64,000 bases of DNA from an uncultured delta proteobacterium (GTDB taxonomy: Bacteria; Desulfobacterota; Syntrophia; Syntrophales; UBA2185). Shown here piece by piece: positions 41,948 to 52,646 of the stretch. Within the stretch, counting starts at the first letter, position 1. Each line of letters starts with the position of its first letter. Position numbers and translations under genes: made by a program. Below the pieces are notes generated by a model. It worked only from the letters and a program-made list of their open reading frames with translations. It was not told where the DNA came from and did not search any database. Location: the NCBI GenBank assembly GCA_963695875.1, contig CAVOID010000009.1, forward strand, positions 160,001 through 224,000. Direction: 5' to 3'.

Positions 41948-42745
41948 TTATTTAAGAATCCGCTCCAGTTCTTCCTGATAGAGTGTAAAGTCGCTCAAAT
42001 CGTTGTGTCCACCACCCGGTATTTTAATCAACCTGCTTTCTGTTCTGATCAGTTTAAGGAGCCGCTCACTTGAGCTATAGGGAACAATGTCATCTGTTGT
42101 ACCATGAAACAGGTAAACAGGACAGGCTACACTAGAAATCCACATGTCCGTGCGCATCGGATATTTAAGTCCTAAATCAAGGAGAATGCCCGGTATAAAT
42201 GGATAGTGATATGCCGCAATATCTCTCATACTGAGAAATGCCGACTCCAGGACAATCATGTGCGGTCTGGCCGTCTGTGCCAGATGGACTGCAATTCCAG
42301 TCCCGAGTGATCTGCCATAGAGGATAATCTGATTTTCAGGATAGTGTTCCTTCAAATAGTTGTAAGCGACTGCCGCATCACGGTGCAGCATTTCCTCATT
42401 TCTTATTTTTCCTGTACTTTTACCATACCCTCTATAATCCGGTATGAGAACATCATAACCCCGCCTGGTAAAATCGGCGGCAATATCCCCCCAGCCGCTA
42501 AGGTTACCCGCATTGCCGTGAAAGTAGAGAATGACTCCCTTGGGATTCTCTGTTTTGAAGTGAAGCGCGTTGATCGCAGCGCCATCCACAGGCAGAGTCA
42601 GCTCGTCGAAGCGGGTGGGAAAACTATATTTGAAATCAGACGGGAGGACTGATGGATAAAAAATCATGCCTTCCTGCGTGAAATAAAAGAAACCGCAGCC
42701 GAAAGCAGAACTTACTATAATCGCCAATATAATTTTAAAAAGCAT
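41948..42745 (-). CDS. Alpha/beta hydrolase
   Basis: YFHGNAG, DYRGYGKS, GRSLG nucleophile elbow, HGTTD, GGGHN. Confidence 0.92.
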   Translation of the reverse strand: MLFKIILAIIVSSAFGCGFFYFTQEGMIFYPSVLPSDFKYSFPTRFDELTLPVDGAAINALHFKTENPKGVILYFHGNAGNLSGWGDIAADFTRRGYDVLIPDYRGYGKSTGKIRNEEMLHRDAAVAYNYLKEHYPENQIILYGRSLGTGIAVHLAQTARPHMIVLESAFLSMRDIAAYHYPFIPGILLDLGLKYPMRTDMWISSVACPVYLFHGTTDDIVPYSSSERLLKLIRTESRLIKIPGGGHNDLSDFTLYQEELERILK

Positions 42746-43017
42746 CTTCTATAAAACTCCTTAAAGGAGATGATATCACGGAGTTCCTCCTCGGCAGGAG
42801 ATGGAAACCCGCGGCAATCTCTCCAACTAAACTACAATATAGAACTAGCGTTCTACTGTCAAGGAAAAGTTTATACGATAATCGCATAGCCTCCATTAGC
42901 ATCAATATGACAAGCACTAACAATTATGGTAGACTCGATGAAAAACAAGGATTCGCACCTGTTAAATGATCTCACTATAGTTGCCTTTGTGTATGATACT
43001 CTTTTTACATATTTTCT

Positions 43018-44244
43018 ATGAAATATCTTGACAAACGTGCAGTAGTTAGGCCGATTCTAGGGCAGTTTGACCGCAACCGGAGCTACCATCAGGCAGTTAT
43101 CATCCCGGCACTGGCGGAAGCAGACCACCTTCCATTGACGATACAATCTTTGTACAACAATGTTCCTAAAGGCATTCTGGACGAAACCCTTGTTCTGGTA
43201 GTCATAAATAATCGGCCTATGGAGGTAAGTGCGAAGATTAATCAGCCTGAACTTAAGGAATGGATTGAGAATAACGCACTAACTTTAAAGTGGCTGGAAG
43301 GTCAAAGCCGGGATGTTCCGTATCCGCTCGCCTGGGTGGATGCATCTTCCCCTGGAAATGAACTTCCTCCCCGGGGAGGCGTTGGGCTTGCCCGGAAAAT
43401 CGGGTGCGACAGTGTTCTTGCTTTTTTATTGGGGCTGAGCAAGCCGATTATCCTGCGAGATTTCATCTTCTTCAGCCTTGATGCAGATACTCTCGTATCA
43501 CCGGACTACATAAAAAATGCGGGACATGAGTTCCGCAAGAGCCAGCGTGTAGGCGGAACCATTCCTTTCAAACATCAGCGGGCAGACTCCTCTGCGAATC
43601 AGGCTGCCATCGATGCCTACGAAGCATTTTTGCATTATTATGTCGCCGGTCTGCGCTGGGCAGGTTCGCCATATGCCTTCCACACCATAGGTTCCTGTCT
43701 CTGCTTCACCGCAGACGGTTACATCCGCGCCGGCGGTTTTCCAGCCCGCAGGCAGGCAGGAGAAGACTTTTACTTCTGCATGGAGCTTGCGAAAACAGGA
43801 GGCATTTGTGAAATAAAGAATACCATGGTCTATCCCTCCGCACGTATTTCTCACCGTGTGCCTTTCGGCACTGGCAGGAGTATGGCTGAAGCAGCGCTGA
43901 ATGGTAAGAAAGATTTCCCGGTTTATGATTTCCGGGTGTTCGTCTGTTTACGTGAACTCCTTACGGCAGTTTCCACCAATGCTGACAGCGGAATCGACCG
44001 GATCTTCGCCGACCTGAAGAATCCCGTAACAAGAGAATTTTTGGAAAGTCGCGGATTCTCCGCCATATGGGATAGATTCCAACGGCAATACAAGACCAGG
44101 GCGTCCTTGCTTAACGCTTTTCATCGCTGGTTCGATGGATTTGTCACTCTCAAGTATATCCACTTGTTGACGGAAAAAGTATGGCCCCGGCAGTCTCTCA
44201 AAGACATTCCCGAGGCCAATATTTTCCGGGACAACATTGCATAA
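43018..44244 (+). CDS. GT-A fold (family 2-like) glycosyltransferase
   Basis: VIIPALAE, GVGLARKIG, LDAD (DxD), GEDFYF, RVPFGTG. Confidence 0.8.
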   Translation: MKYLDKRAVVRPILGQFDRNRSYHQAVIIPALAEADHLPLTIQSLYNNVPKGILDETLVLVVINNRPMEVSAKINQPELKEWIENNALTLKWLEGQSRDVPYPLAWVDASSPGNELPPRGGVGLARKIGCDSVLAFLLGLSKPIILRDFIFFSLDADTLVSPDYIKNAGHEFRKSQRVGGTIPFKHQRADSSANQAAIDAYEAFLHYYVAGLRWAGSPYAFHTIGSCLCFTADGYIRAGGFPARRQAGEDFYFCMELAKTGGICEIKNTMVYPSARISHRVPFGTGRSMAEAALNGKKDFPVYDFRVFVCLRELLTAVSTNADSGIDRIFADLKNPVTREFLESRGFSAIWDRFQRQYKTRASLLNAFHRWFDGFVTLKYIHLLTEKVWPRQSLKDIPEANIFRDNIA

Positions 44245-44419
44245 CTCGAATTGATGCCTTGGCAGAAGGTGAAATTTTGTGCAAATTCAGAGATTCATCG
44301 CAAGGCGAGGAATCAGGCTCCCGATGAAGCCAAAACGGCAGGAGCCTTGCCCCTGCGAAGGCATTGGGGACTTTTTTACAATAAGGTTTATGCCTGCCGT
44401 ACCGGCAGGTCGCAAATCA

Positions 44420-44749
44420 TCAGCCCTGATATATCCCGGGTATTATACCGGTTAGTTCGACATCGATACTATGCTCCGCAAGTGCTTTAAGAATGTCTTG
44501 CAGGCCGCATAGCCGGTCAGGAACCACTTCCACTGCAACGGACGATTGTCTTACCATGAAGCCCTTTTCCCTAAGCACACTTGCAGCCGTATCAATATCA
44601 CTCACCATCAGCCGGAGAATGCCGATATCCGAGGTATACGCAAGGGGTAAAATCCTCATGTTAATATTCGCATCATCGTGTATCCACGAGCCATTCACAA
44701 TCCCGTTCTTTTTATTCTCGATGAATATGGGTATATATTCTACGTCCAT
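44420..44749 (-). pseudogene. Degenerate ACT-domain amino-acid-binding protein
   Basis: IFIENK...NINMR....TSDIGILRLMV...L..KGF.V...VPDR..GL matches the family, but conserved residues are eroded and the C-terminus is lost. Confidence 0.6.
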
Positions 44750-44893
44750 GCTCCTGCTTCCTTTTTAAAGACTTTGTCACAATGTCACTGCGCGGGAGTG
44801 CAGCGATTGAACCCCTGTCCCGCCCATAGCGAGGGAACTCTTGAGATTGCCACGTTACCTCCGGTCATTCGCAATTACAGGATAAAGTCAGCA

Positions 44894-45391
44894 TCAATCA
44901 CTCCGCCTGAACATCTTACCTTTAGTTCCGCACACGGGACATACATCGGGAGCTTCCTTCTCCGCCGTCAAACCGCAGACCGGACAGATATAATAGGGAT
45001 AGTTCTCCTGTGGGTTCGCCAGGCCATCCAAAAGCTTCTGATAAAGCTGGGCGTGAATTTTCTCTACCTCGTTGGCATAGCTGAATGATCTTTCCCCCAC
45101 TTTATTCCCTTCGGCCTTAGCTGCTTCGATCATTTCGGGATACATTTTCTTAAACTCATGGGTCTCACCGGCAATGGCCTCAAGAAGGTTTTCCCTTGTG
45201 CTTCTGATTCCTTTGAGGGCCCGTAAATGGTTATGCGCGTGTACGGTTTCAGCCTCTGCTGCAGCCCGGAAGAGACGGGCAATCTGGGGATAGCCCTCCT
45301 GATCGGCCGTGGCTGCAAAGGCCAAATACCTGCGGTTTGCCTGTGATTCTCCTGCAAATGCTTCTTTCAAAAACTGCTCCGTCTTTGACAT
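44894..45391 (-). CDS. rbr: Rubrerythrin
   Basis: AFAGESQANRRY, EAETVHA, E..E...MYP, EKIH, and C-terminal CPVCG...CPVCG. Confidence 0.95.
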   Translation of the reverse strand: MSKTEQFLKEAFAGESQANRRYLAFAATADQEGYPQIARLFRAAAEAETVHAHNHLRALKGIRSTRENLLEAIAGETHEFKKMYPEMIEAAKAEGNKVGERSFSYANEVEKIHAQLYQKLLDGLANPQENYPYYICPVCGLTAEKEAPDVCPVCGTKGKMFRRSD

Positions 45392-45415
45392 AGTTCAACT
45401 CCTCCTACATATTTA

Positions 45416-45532
45416 TTGAAGCTCTCCGCAGTAACTGCGGAGAATCTTCGATCCACAAGGAATAATAATGTTCCCCATTCACTCGCTTACCCCACAGCAA
45501 GCGAAGGTGTTTGCGCTCGCTGCCGGCTTCAA
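45416..45532 (+). mobile_element. 117-bp two-hairpin element, copy 3 (between perR and rbr)
   Basis: Same family. Its TTCAA end forms the perR TGA stop. Confidence 0.85.
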
Positions 45533-45933
45533 GTATGTTTTCCCTTTTTGCACTTCGGGCAAATTCCATAGAAATCGACATGGTTTCCAATTATCTCGTA
45601 ATCACAGCTTTCGCCTTCCTGCAAATCGAGCAAGAAATTACGATGAACGTCAATAATTGCTTTACAATTAACACATATCAAGTGGTGATGAGGTTTCACA
45701 TTTGGATCAAAGCGTTTCTTCCCGGTATCAATGGAAAGCTCAAGAACCTGACCTTTTGCTCTCAACTTTTCCATAGTGTTATATACCGTCGCGAAAGACA
45801 TCATCGGGTATTTTTTAGATACCACCTTGTATATGTCAGCCGCTGACGGATGAGATTTATTCCCCTCCAGGTATTCAAGAATTGCAAGCCTCTGCGGGGT
45901 CAGTTTTATAGAGTTTTTCTTTTTTTTAAACAT
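45529..45933 (-). CDS. perR: Fur-family peroxide regulator
   Basis: TPQRLAIL, HPSA, ATVYN, HHHLICVNC, CPKC. Upstream of rubrerythrin and preceded by a Per box. Confidence 0.85.
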   Translation of the reverse strand: MFKKKKNSIKLTPQRLAILEYLEGNKSHPSAADIYKVVSKKYPMMSFATVYNTMEKLRAKGQVLELSIDTGKKRFDPNVKPHHHLICVNCKAIIDVHRNFLLDLQEGESCDYEIIGNHVDFYGICPKCKKGKHT

Positions 45934-45956
45934 TATATGCAAGAATGATTTTCATT

Positions 45957-45992
45957 TTAGAATTATTATAATCTAATAATTATTATCGTCAA
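45957..45992 (-). promoter_or_regulatory. Per box overlapping the perR sigma70 promoter
   Basis: TTAGAATTATTATAA (45957-45971) has one mismatch to TTATAATNATTATAA. TTGACG-N16-TATAAT on the minus strand. Confidence 0.75.
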
Positions 45993-46089
45993 GCTTTTTT
46001 AAAGACTTTTTTGATCGACACCATAAAACGCTCAACAATCCATCACATTTGCTTCTCATGTAAGCTTATTTCTCTTCTTTTCGTTTCTC

Positions 46090-47420
46090 TGTTGTCAACA
46101 AATAGAATTGTCCTATTTTGTAGCAAATGAATTGTCCACTTTTGTGATACTATGGGAAGGGCGGTGGACTTACGCTGCCTTTCCTTTTTTTGTTTCTTTA
46201 AACTTGCCGCGTTGATCGTAAGCGGCCAATTTGCGAGGGCCATGAAAAACAGCGAGTGATCCATCCATATAGCGATGGACCCTTACCTTGACACGTACAT
46301 AATGACAACGGTACTTGTCAGGGGGGATCTGCAAAGTCTTTCCCTCAAAGCTGACACAGTTATCCGAGGACACGGTACGCTCGTATTGTTCGCATAGGAC
46401 GTCATCGATGTCTTTTCCTATCCATGTGACGAAGGCTGATCCTTCCTCTGCGGCTGGCTGCATGAACTCGGCATTGAATGTCGGCAGATAAGTCTTAAGC
46501 AGATAACGGTTGGCGGCATCCATCATGGTGATTCCATAAGCGGCCAGTTCCTTGGTGAGCCGGTCCTGATGTGTGCGAAAAGCCCTTTCAATCCTCCCCC
46601 GTGCCTCCGGAGAATAGGCGGGGATCATCTCTATCCCCAAATGCCTCATGGCACGTCCAAATTGCGTCAGTTGGGTTTTACTTACCTTACCTCCCTCATC
46701 AGGCGTATACCAGTAATGACTCCCGCGGTCGGTATAAAGAGAGCTGAATAAACCATGCTTAAGAATTATCTCCTTCACCCCTCGAAAACTGCTCTCCGTT
46801 CCTTCCTCGTGGACAAAAAACATCGAATAATGCTCATTAGTTGCATCGTCCATGGTTACAATCAGGTCCCACTTCTTCCCTGGCACCCATTCATGAGTGC
46901 TTCCATCCTGATGTAACATCATGCCTGGTATAGGAGATCGTTCCCGTCGTTTACGATGCGCTCCCCGCTTAGGCGCCTTGGGAACCAATCCTTGCGACTG
47001 GAGGGTGCTCTTTACCCACGTGTAACTCCTTTGACCACCATCGTGTTTATACCACCCATAAAAATGCTTTACGTTCCAACCCAGGTGCCGCCTCTTGTAT
47101 CTGTCAACAAGCGCTATAACTTCATCCACGGAAGCACGACGGGAAGATATCTGCGTCAGACGCTTATCCAACAGTCCTTCCAATCCATTCTCCTCGTAAC
47201 GATTAATGTAGCGCCGAAACGTCCTGGAACATACTCCCAATAGCCTGGCTGCTTCTTCCTGGGTCAATCGACTCTCTGTCCATCCCTCATATGACTCCTC
47301 AAATCGCATCTTCCGGATCTCCTGCATCAACTCTGTCCGTCTCATCTGTCACCTCCAGGATGACTCTTAAACCGGACAGATTATGTGCTACAACTCCGGA
47401 CAGTTTATTTGCTTCTAACA
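46090..47420 (-). mobile_element. IS1202-family (formerly ISNCY) insertion sequence, apparently intact
   Basis: Ends TGTTGTCAACAAATAGAATTGTCC and TGTTAGAAGCAAATAAACTGTCC, each with a repeated subterminal TGTCC. Flanking direct repeat TTCTTTT(T)CGTTTCTC. Confidence 0.88.
46170..47345 (-). CDS. DDE transposase (ISNCY/IS1202 type)
   Basis: N-terminal HTH, LHQDGS, MDDAT, YTDRGS, SPEARGRIER..RT.QDRL. Confidence 0.95.
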   Translation of the reverse strand: MRRTELMQEIRKMRFEESYEGWTESRLTQEEAARLLGVCSRTFRRYINRYEENGLEGLLDKRLTQISSRRASVDEVIALVDRYKRRHLGWNVKHFYGWYKHDGGQRSYTWVKSTLQSQGLVPKAPKRGAHRKRRERSPIPGMMLHQDGSTHEWVPGKKWDLIVTMDDATNEHYSMFFVHEEGTESSFRGVKEIILKHGLFSSLYTDRGSHYWYTPDEGGKVSKTQLTQFGRAMRHLGIEMIPAYSPEARGRIERAFRTHQDRLTKELAAYGITMMDAANRYLLKTYLPTFNAEFMQPAAEEGSAFVTWIGKDIDDVLCEQYERTVSSDNCVSFEGKTLQIPPDKYRCHYVRVKVRVHRYMDGSLAVFHGPRKLAAYDQRGKFKETKKGKAA

Positions 47421-47436
47421 TTCTTTTTCGTTTCTC

Positions 47437-47465
47437 TTGACAGCCATTGCAGAAACACGTATATT
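47437..47465 (+). promoter_or_regulatory. Sigma70 promoter upstream of aor
   Basis: TTGACA-N17-TATATT immediately after the IS target duplication. Confidence 0.65.
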
Positions 47466-47629
47466 AAATTTAACATAGGTCCATTCTTCCATATGCAATT
47501 CCATTTTTCACGCTCTCATTATTTGAATCATGGCAGTCATTAGCTTCTTACGTTTATCTAAATGTGACAGGATTCAGCATCGAAGGCTTTTGAATCCTCG
47601 ACCAATCCCACCGTGAAAGGAGGACATTT

Positions 47630-49367
47630 ATGGACAAAATTCTCAGAATCGACATGGGGGCCGCTGGCGGCCCAAAAGTGAGTACTGTTCCTTTGGGGGA
47701 ATACGCCGGACTGGGGGGCCGGGCTATGACCTCCTCTGTTATTTCTAAAGAAGTACCCCCATTGTGTCATCCGTTGAGCGAGGACAATAAACTCGTTATC
47801 GCACCGGGCCTGCTGAGCGGAACGGCCGCAGCCCAGTCGGGTCGAATTTCTGTGGGCTGTAAGAGCCCGCTGACAGGCGGCATCAAAGAGTCCAACTCAG
47901 GGGGGCAGCCTTCCCAGGTGCTGGCAAGATTGGGTTATGCAGCAATCATCCTGGAAGGAAAACCCAAAACCGGTAATCTCTATAAGATCTTTATCAACAA
48001 GGACGGGGTGAAGATAACCCCCGACAACACCCTCTGTATGCTGGGCAATTACGATCTGGTGGAAAAAATGAAGAAGGAGTATGGTGACAAGATCTGCTGC
48101 ATCTCCATCGGACCGGCAGGTGAGATGAAGATGTCCGCCGCCTCGGTAGCCTTCACTGATATGGAACAGCGGCCCACCCGCCATGCGGGACGCGGCGGAA
48201 GTGGGGCGGTGATGGGCTCCAAGGGTGTGAAGGTTATCGTTCTTGATGATGTCGGACTTACGAACCGTACTCCCAAGGATCCGGAGAAATTCACCAAGGC
48301 CAATAAGGTATGGGTTGAGGGCCTTAGAAAACACCCCGTCACCGGCGAGGGACTTCCCGCTTTTGGAACCAACATACTGGCCAATGTAATCAATGAAGCC
48401 GGCGCATATCCGACCCATAACTTCCAGTGGGGCCGCTTTCTGGGAACCTCCAAGATCAGCGGAGAAACGCAGGCTGAAACGGAAAAGGCCCGCGGCGGTG
48501 TTCCCACCCATGGCTGCCACCGGGGCTGTGTCATCCAATGCTCGGGAATTTATATGGATAAGGACGGCCATTACCTGACCAAACAGGTGGAATATGAGAC
48601 GGTCTGGGCCCATGGCGCAAACTGCGGTATCGACGATCTGGATGCAATTGCCATGCTGGACCGCCTGGATGATGACTACGGCGTGGATACCATCGAGATG
48701 GGGGCAACCATAGCTGTCGCAATGGAGGCGGGCCTGGCGAAATTTGGAGATGCCGAAGCAGCCATCAGGCTGGTTAAGGAGGTGGGAAAAGGCACCGACC
48801 TCGGACGTATCCTCGGAAATGGGGCCGCTGTCACCGGCAAAGGTTTTCGGCATCGAAAGGGTCCCCGTGGTAAAGGGCCAGGCCATGCCGGCCTATGATC
48901 CCCGTGCGATCCAGGGCATCGGAGTTACCTATGCGACGAGCACCATGGGCGCCGATCATACGGCAGGATATGCGGTCGCCACCAACATCCTCAAGGTGGG
49001 GGGTTATGTGGACCCACTGAAACCGGAGGGACAGGTTGAACTTTCCAGAAATCTCCAGATCGCCACCGCAGCTATTGATTCCACAGGTATGTGTCTCTTT
49101 ATTGCTTTTGCAGTGCTGGATCAGCCGGATACATTCCAGGCGCTGATCGATTTGCTCAACGCATTCTATGGTCTGAACCTGACCGCGAATGATGTGACCG
49201 AACTGGGCAAGAAGGTGCTTAAGATGGAGCGGGACTTCAATGCCCGGGCCGGTTTCACAGCAAAACATGACCGGCTGCCGGAGTACTTCAAGAAAGAAAA
49301 ACTTCCACCCCATAATGTTACGTTCCAGGTGACAGATGAAGATCTGGACAGGGTGTATAACTGGTAG
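47630..49367 (+). CDS. aor: Aldehyde ferredoxin oxidoreductase (W/Mo); frameshift at ~48840
   Basis: LGGR, KSPLTGGIKESN, AGRGG.GAVMGSKGVK, C..GC...C, EYET, DD.G.DTI, then VKGQ..PAYDPR and GADH in the next frame. Confidence 0.93.
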
Positions 49368-49394
49368 GTAAAAGTCTTTTAGCAAGTACATTGG

Positions 49395-49429
49395 ACGGGG
49401 TGGCCTGCAACGGGCCACCCCGTTCATTT
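49395..49429 (+). terminator. Hairpin terminator after aor
   Basis: ACGGGGTGGCC/GGCCACCCCGT perfect 11-bp stem with a short T tail. Confidence 0.65.
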
Positions 49430-49485
49430 ATGCGGAAGCAGAAATGTCGAAGATGACCCATCGCAGGAAATCAGGAATTGAGACG

Positions 49486-50093
49486 ATGGACAAGAGTATC
49501 TCTCCCGGAAATGTTTCTCTCACAATAGATACCAGCCTGATCCCGGCCTTTTCGCAACTTCTGCAGAATGGCTTCTGGCTCAAGGGAGATGTCGAATGCA
49601 GCGTCAAATCATTCCTTTGCGAACAATTCGGCATTGAGCCTGAATACCTTGAAAAAAGGATCCAGACGATCTTTCTGGATGGTCAGCCTGTAGATGATGT
49701 CAAAACCGCCATATTGCGGGATGGGGCAACCCTGTCACTTTCCGCCGCCATGCCGGGACTGGCCGGGGCTGTGATGCGAAAAGGGGGCTTCTATGCTCGC
49801 ATGCGTGACCAGATCTCTTACAAGGGCGACAACAACGTCCTGCTCAGTAAAGCCCGGCCGGGTGTTCGTGAAACTTTTCAATCTGCCGCTTCAGGAACTG
49901 GGGCCATTTTTTTTAGAACGCGGTATCTGGATTGATGGAAACACCCTCACGAACATAATCACAGCCCGTCCGCATGATTTCCGGACCGGGTGCAAGGAAG
50001 TCCTCGTTGATAGCAGGCAATCAGAGGCGGATCAAGTTGCTGAAAATGGATTGGGGAAAGGGAGATATCTTTTTACAGGTCAAACCTATTTAG
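49486..50093 (+). CDS. Conserved hypothetical AOR-neighbour protein; frameshifts at ~49850 and ~50035
   Basis: RIQTIFLDG.PVD...LSAAMPGLAGAVMRKGG, continuing as GRVFVKLFN in the next frame. Confidence 0.65.
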
Positions 50094-50332
50094 CCCCCGG
50101 CAACAGGAGGAAAAACGCCCACTCTGTCCCCATCTCTCAACACTTCATCACCCGTCGCATGCAGGCCGTTCAAAAAAATCATTTTGACTTTATCAACTGG
50201 GAGTTCCAGACCTTTAAGAAGTCTCATGATCGTGGTCCCTTCAGCCGCCTCCATTATTTGACGGCTATGGCTGCCTGTCTTATCCGGTGCATATTGTGCA
50301 AGGGAAGCAAATAAACTTAATTCAATTTTCAT
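50090..50332 (-). CDS. moaD: MoaD/ThiS sulfur carrier protein
   Basis: LFASL, L.DGDRV..FPPVAGG with C-terminal Gly-Gly. Near aor. Confidence 0.9.
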   Translation of the reverse strand: MKIELSLFASLAQYAPDKTGSHSRQIMEAAEGTTIMRLLKGLELPVDKVKMIFLNGLHATGDEVLRDGDRVGVFPPVAGG

Positions 50333-50614
50333 TGCTTGTCCTATAAAAGTGTTTGAAAATCTACACCCAACATCATTGCGAGATACTTAGTTCACCCTGA
50401 GTAAACCGAAGGGATCGAAATGACAGAGTGGAAATCTTCCAATTTCTTCTCATTATAAATCTTCTGAAGCTTTTCCTCAAATATTTTATCATTTATATTG
50501 CCCAATGGACAGGAATGCTTTATGAAATATCCTACATATTAAATCCATAAACCGGGAGAGCCGAAAGCGAAATGGCAAGAATTGGGTAAGTCGGAACAAA
50601 GACAAGAATAGACT

Positions 50615-51892
50615 ATGGAATTCAAATACGGACTGGAAGATAAGCCTCCTCTGGCTGAATCTCTATTAATGGGGCTTCAATGGTGCGCCCTGCTGGTGCC
50701 ATTTATGATCATTTTGGGCAAGATTGCCGGTTCACTCCACTTCACCGATCCTGCCGGGCTCACTGTATATTTGCAAAAGACAGCCTTCATAATGGCCATA
50801 TTCCTTCTCCTCGAAATCATGTGGGGTCATAGCTTGCCCCTCGTCATGGGGCCGTCTTCGGTACTTCTTATCGGTATTATATCCAGCAGCGGCTTCGATA
50901 TAAATACCATAAACACGGCAGTTGTGAGCTGCGGTTTGATTCTTGCCCTGGCAGGCATTACAGGCATTTTCGGATATCTACAGTGGATCTTCACGCCCCG
51001 TGTTGTAGCAGTGGTGCTCTTGCTGATTGCCTTTACTCTGACGCCTACCGTCCTGAGGCTGGTAACGGACTCGCAAGGGATATCACCGCAGGTAAATATG
51101 GTTTATGCCTTAATACTTACAGCCGCTATTCTGGTTCTTCACCGCCTCCTCAAGGGGATATGGAAATCTATTTTGATCCTGATTTCCATGTTTGCCGGAA
51201 CTATCATCTATTTTATATTCTTTCCGGGCAACTTTGACATTACTCCGGTCGTGTCATCAAGATTCCTCTCAACCTTTTTTCAAGATATGATCGGCGGTCT
51301 TTCTTTCGACATCGGGCTATTAATCTCTTTCTTCATTTGCTTTGTGGCTTTATCTATTAATGATTTGGGCTCGATGCAGTCCATAAATGCTTTGGTGAAA
51401 ACACCAGATATGGACAAGAGGGTTAACCGGGGTATTTTTTTTACGGGCCTCGCCAACGTGGCATCCGGAATCTTTTGTGTAATCGGGCAGGTCAATTATT
51501 CTGTCAGTGTTGGCGTTGTTACGGCTACAGGATGTTTGTCACGATTCACGTTAATACCGGCGGCAGCTGTTCTTCTGATAATATCCTTTTCGCCCATGAT
51601 GATAGGTTTTCTTGGGATTGTCCCTCCCGTCGTGATCGGCAGTGTTATGTTCTATACACTTTGCACCCAGGTGTCTGCAGGCCTGACAGTGGCCTTCGAG
51701 GCTTTAGGGCGATTCAACCTTGATGATGGAATGATTATAGGCATGCCTATCCTCATTGCAACCGTGATCGCTTTCATGCCTGCTGATTTTTTTCACAACT
51801 TTCCCCGGATCATGCAACCCATTGTCGGAAATGGATTTGTCATGGGGGTCGTCATCCTCCTCCTTCTGGAGCATGGTATATTCAGAAAGTGA
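50615..51892 (+). CDS. NCS2 family xanthine/uracil permease
   Basis: KYGLEDKPP...GLQW, GHSLPLV.GPS, YS.SVGVV..TG..SR, multiple TM helices. Confidence 0.9.
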   Translation: MEFKYGLEDKPPLAESLLMGLQWCALLVPFMIILGKIAGSLHFTDPAGLTVYLQKTAFIMAIFLLLEIMWGHSLPLVMGPSSVLLIGIISSSGFDINTINTAVVSCGLILALAGITGIFGYLQWIFTPRVVAVVLLLIAFTLTPTVLRLVTDSQGISPQVNMVYALILTAAILVLHRLLKGIWKSILILISMFAGTIIYFIFFPGNFDITPVVSSRFLSTFFQDMIGGLSFDIGLLISFFICFVALSINDLGSMQSINALVKTPDMDKRVNRGIFFTGLANVASGIFCVIGQVNYSVSVGVVTATGCLSRFTLIPAAAVLLIISFSPMMIGFLGIVPPVVIGSVMFYTLCTQVSAGLTVAFEALGRFNLDDGMIIGMPILIATVIAFMPADFFHNFPRIMQPIVGNGFVMGVVILLLLEHGIFRK

Positions 51893-51951
51893 AAGAACAA
51901 AACAGTCCTTCTCCATATGAAGTTGGGCTTATTTAGATAATTGGAAAGGAA

Positions 51952-52218
51952 TTGGATATGAAATGGTGCGTTTTTGTTAATAGACGATGTTGCGGAGATG
52001 ATTGTGCCGGATGGGTAAAAGATAATTGTTTCATCCATTTATTGTTGCCAAATGATTACAGCGATAAACAATTACAAACTGAATTCGATTGGTCGAAATA
52101 TGAATCGTTAAAAGCAGCCGGCCACAATTTGATGGAAAATAGCGACGACCAATTATCCTTTTTAGATGAACTTGAAAGGCTGATTGCTCAAAAGAACATC
52201 ATAAATAAAAAAATGTAA
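51952..52218 (+). CDS. Small hypothetical protein with Cys-rich N-terminus
   Basis: WCVF..RRCC..DC..W....C pattern. GGAAAGGA RBS. Confidence 0.55.
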   Translation: MDMKWCVFVNRRCCGDDCAGWVKDNCFIHLLLPNDYSDKQLQTEFDWSKYESLKAAGHNLMENSDDQLSFLDELERLIAQKNIINKKM

Positions 52219-52433
52219 TAGAATGGAGACTATATTATTGAATGCACGTATTTATTACACGAAGGCATAAAAAATATCAAACATGGAAAATTATTGAGAC
52301 TTTAAAATACACGATTTTCGCCCTTTGTTATTGACGATTTTCACTAGCAACTAATATTGAACAATATGGAAGGTAAATTTTTTCGATTATCTCCTATGCT
52401 GTTCGGTCTTTAATTTCAATGCCTGTACAAAAT

Positions 52434-52551
52434 TTGAAGCTCTCCGCAGTAAACTGCGGAGAATCTTCGATCCACAAGGAATAATGATATTCCCCATTCG
52501 CTCGCTTACCCCGCAGCAAGCTACGGGGAATGCGCTCGCTGCCGGATTCAA
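52434..52551 (+). mobile_element. 118-bp two-hairpin element, copy 4
   Basis: Same family, close to the consensus. Confidence 0.85.
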
Positions 52552-52646
52552 ATGGTAATCAGCACCTGAAATAAAGATGCCGATTACTTAGATTCCTCCT
52601 CTTTTTAAGAAGTGACACTCTAATTGAGTCCACCGATAGAATACCG

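Noticed and set aside
47566..47625. Moco/Tuco riboswitch upstream of aor
   Set aside because: Only one hairpin (AGGATTCA/TGAATCCT) and the RBS are visible. I cannot see the multi-stem motif. An Rfam scan would settle it.
50520..50614. Purine riboswitch upstream of the NCS2 permease
   Set aside because: The conserved core (TATAAT...GATATGG...TTTCTACC...CCGTAAA) is not present.
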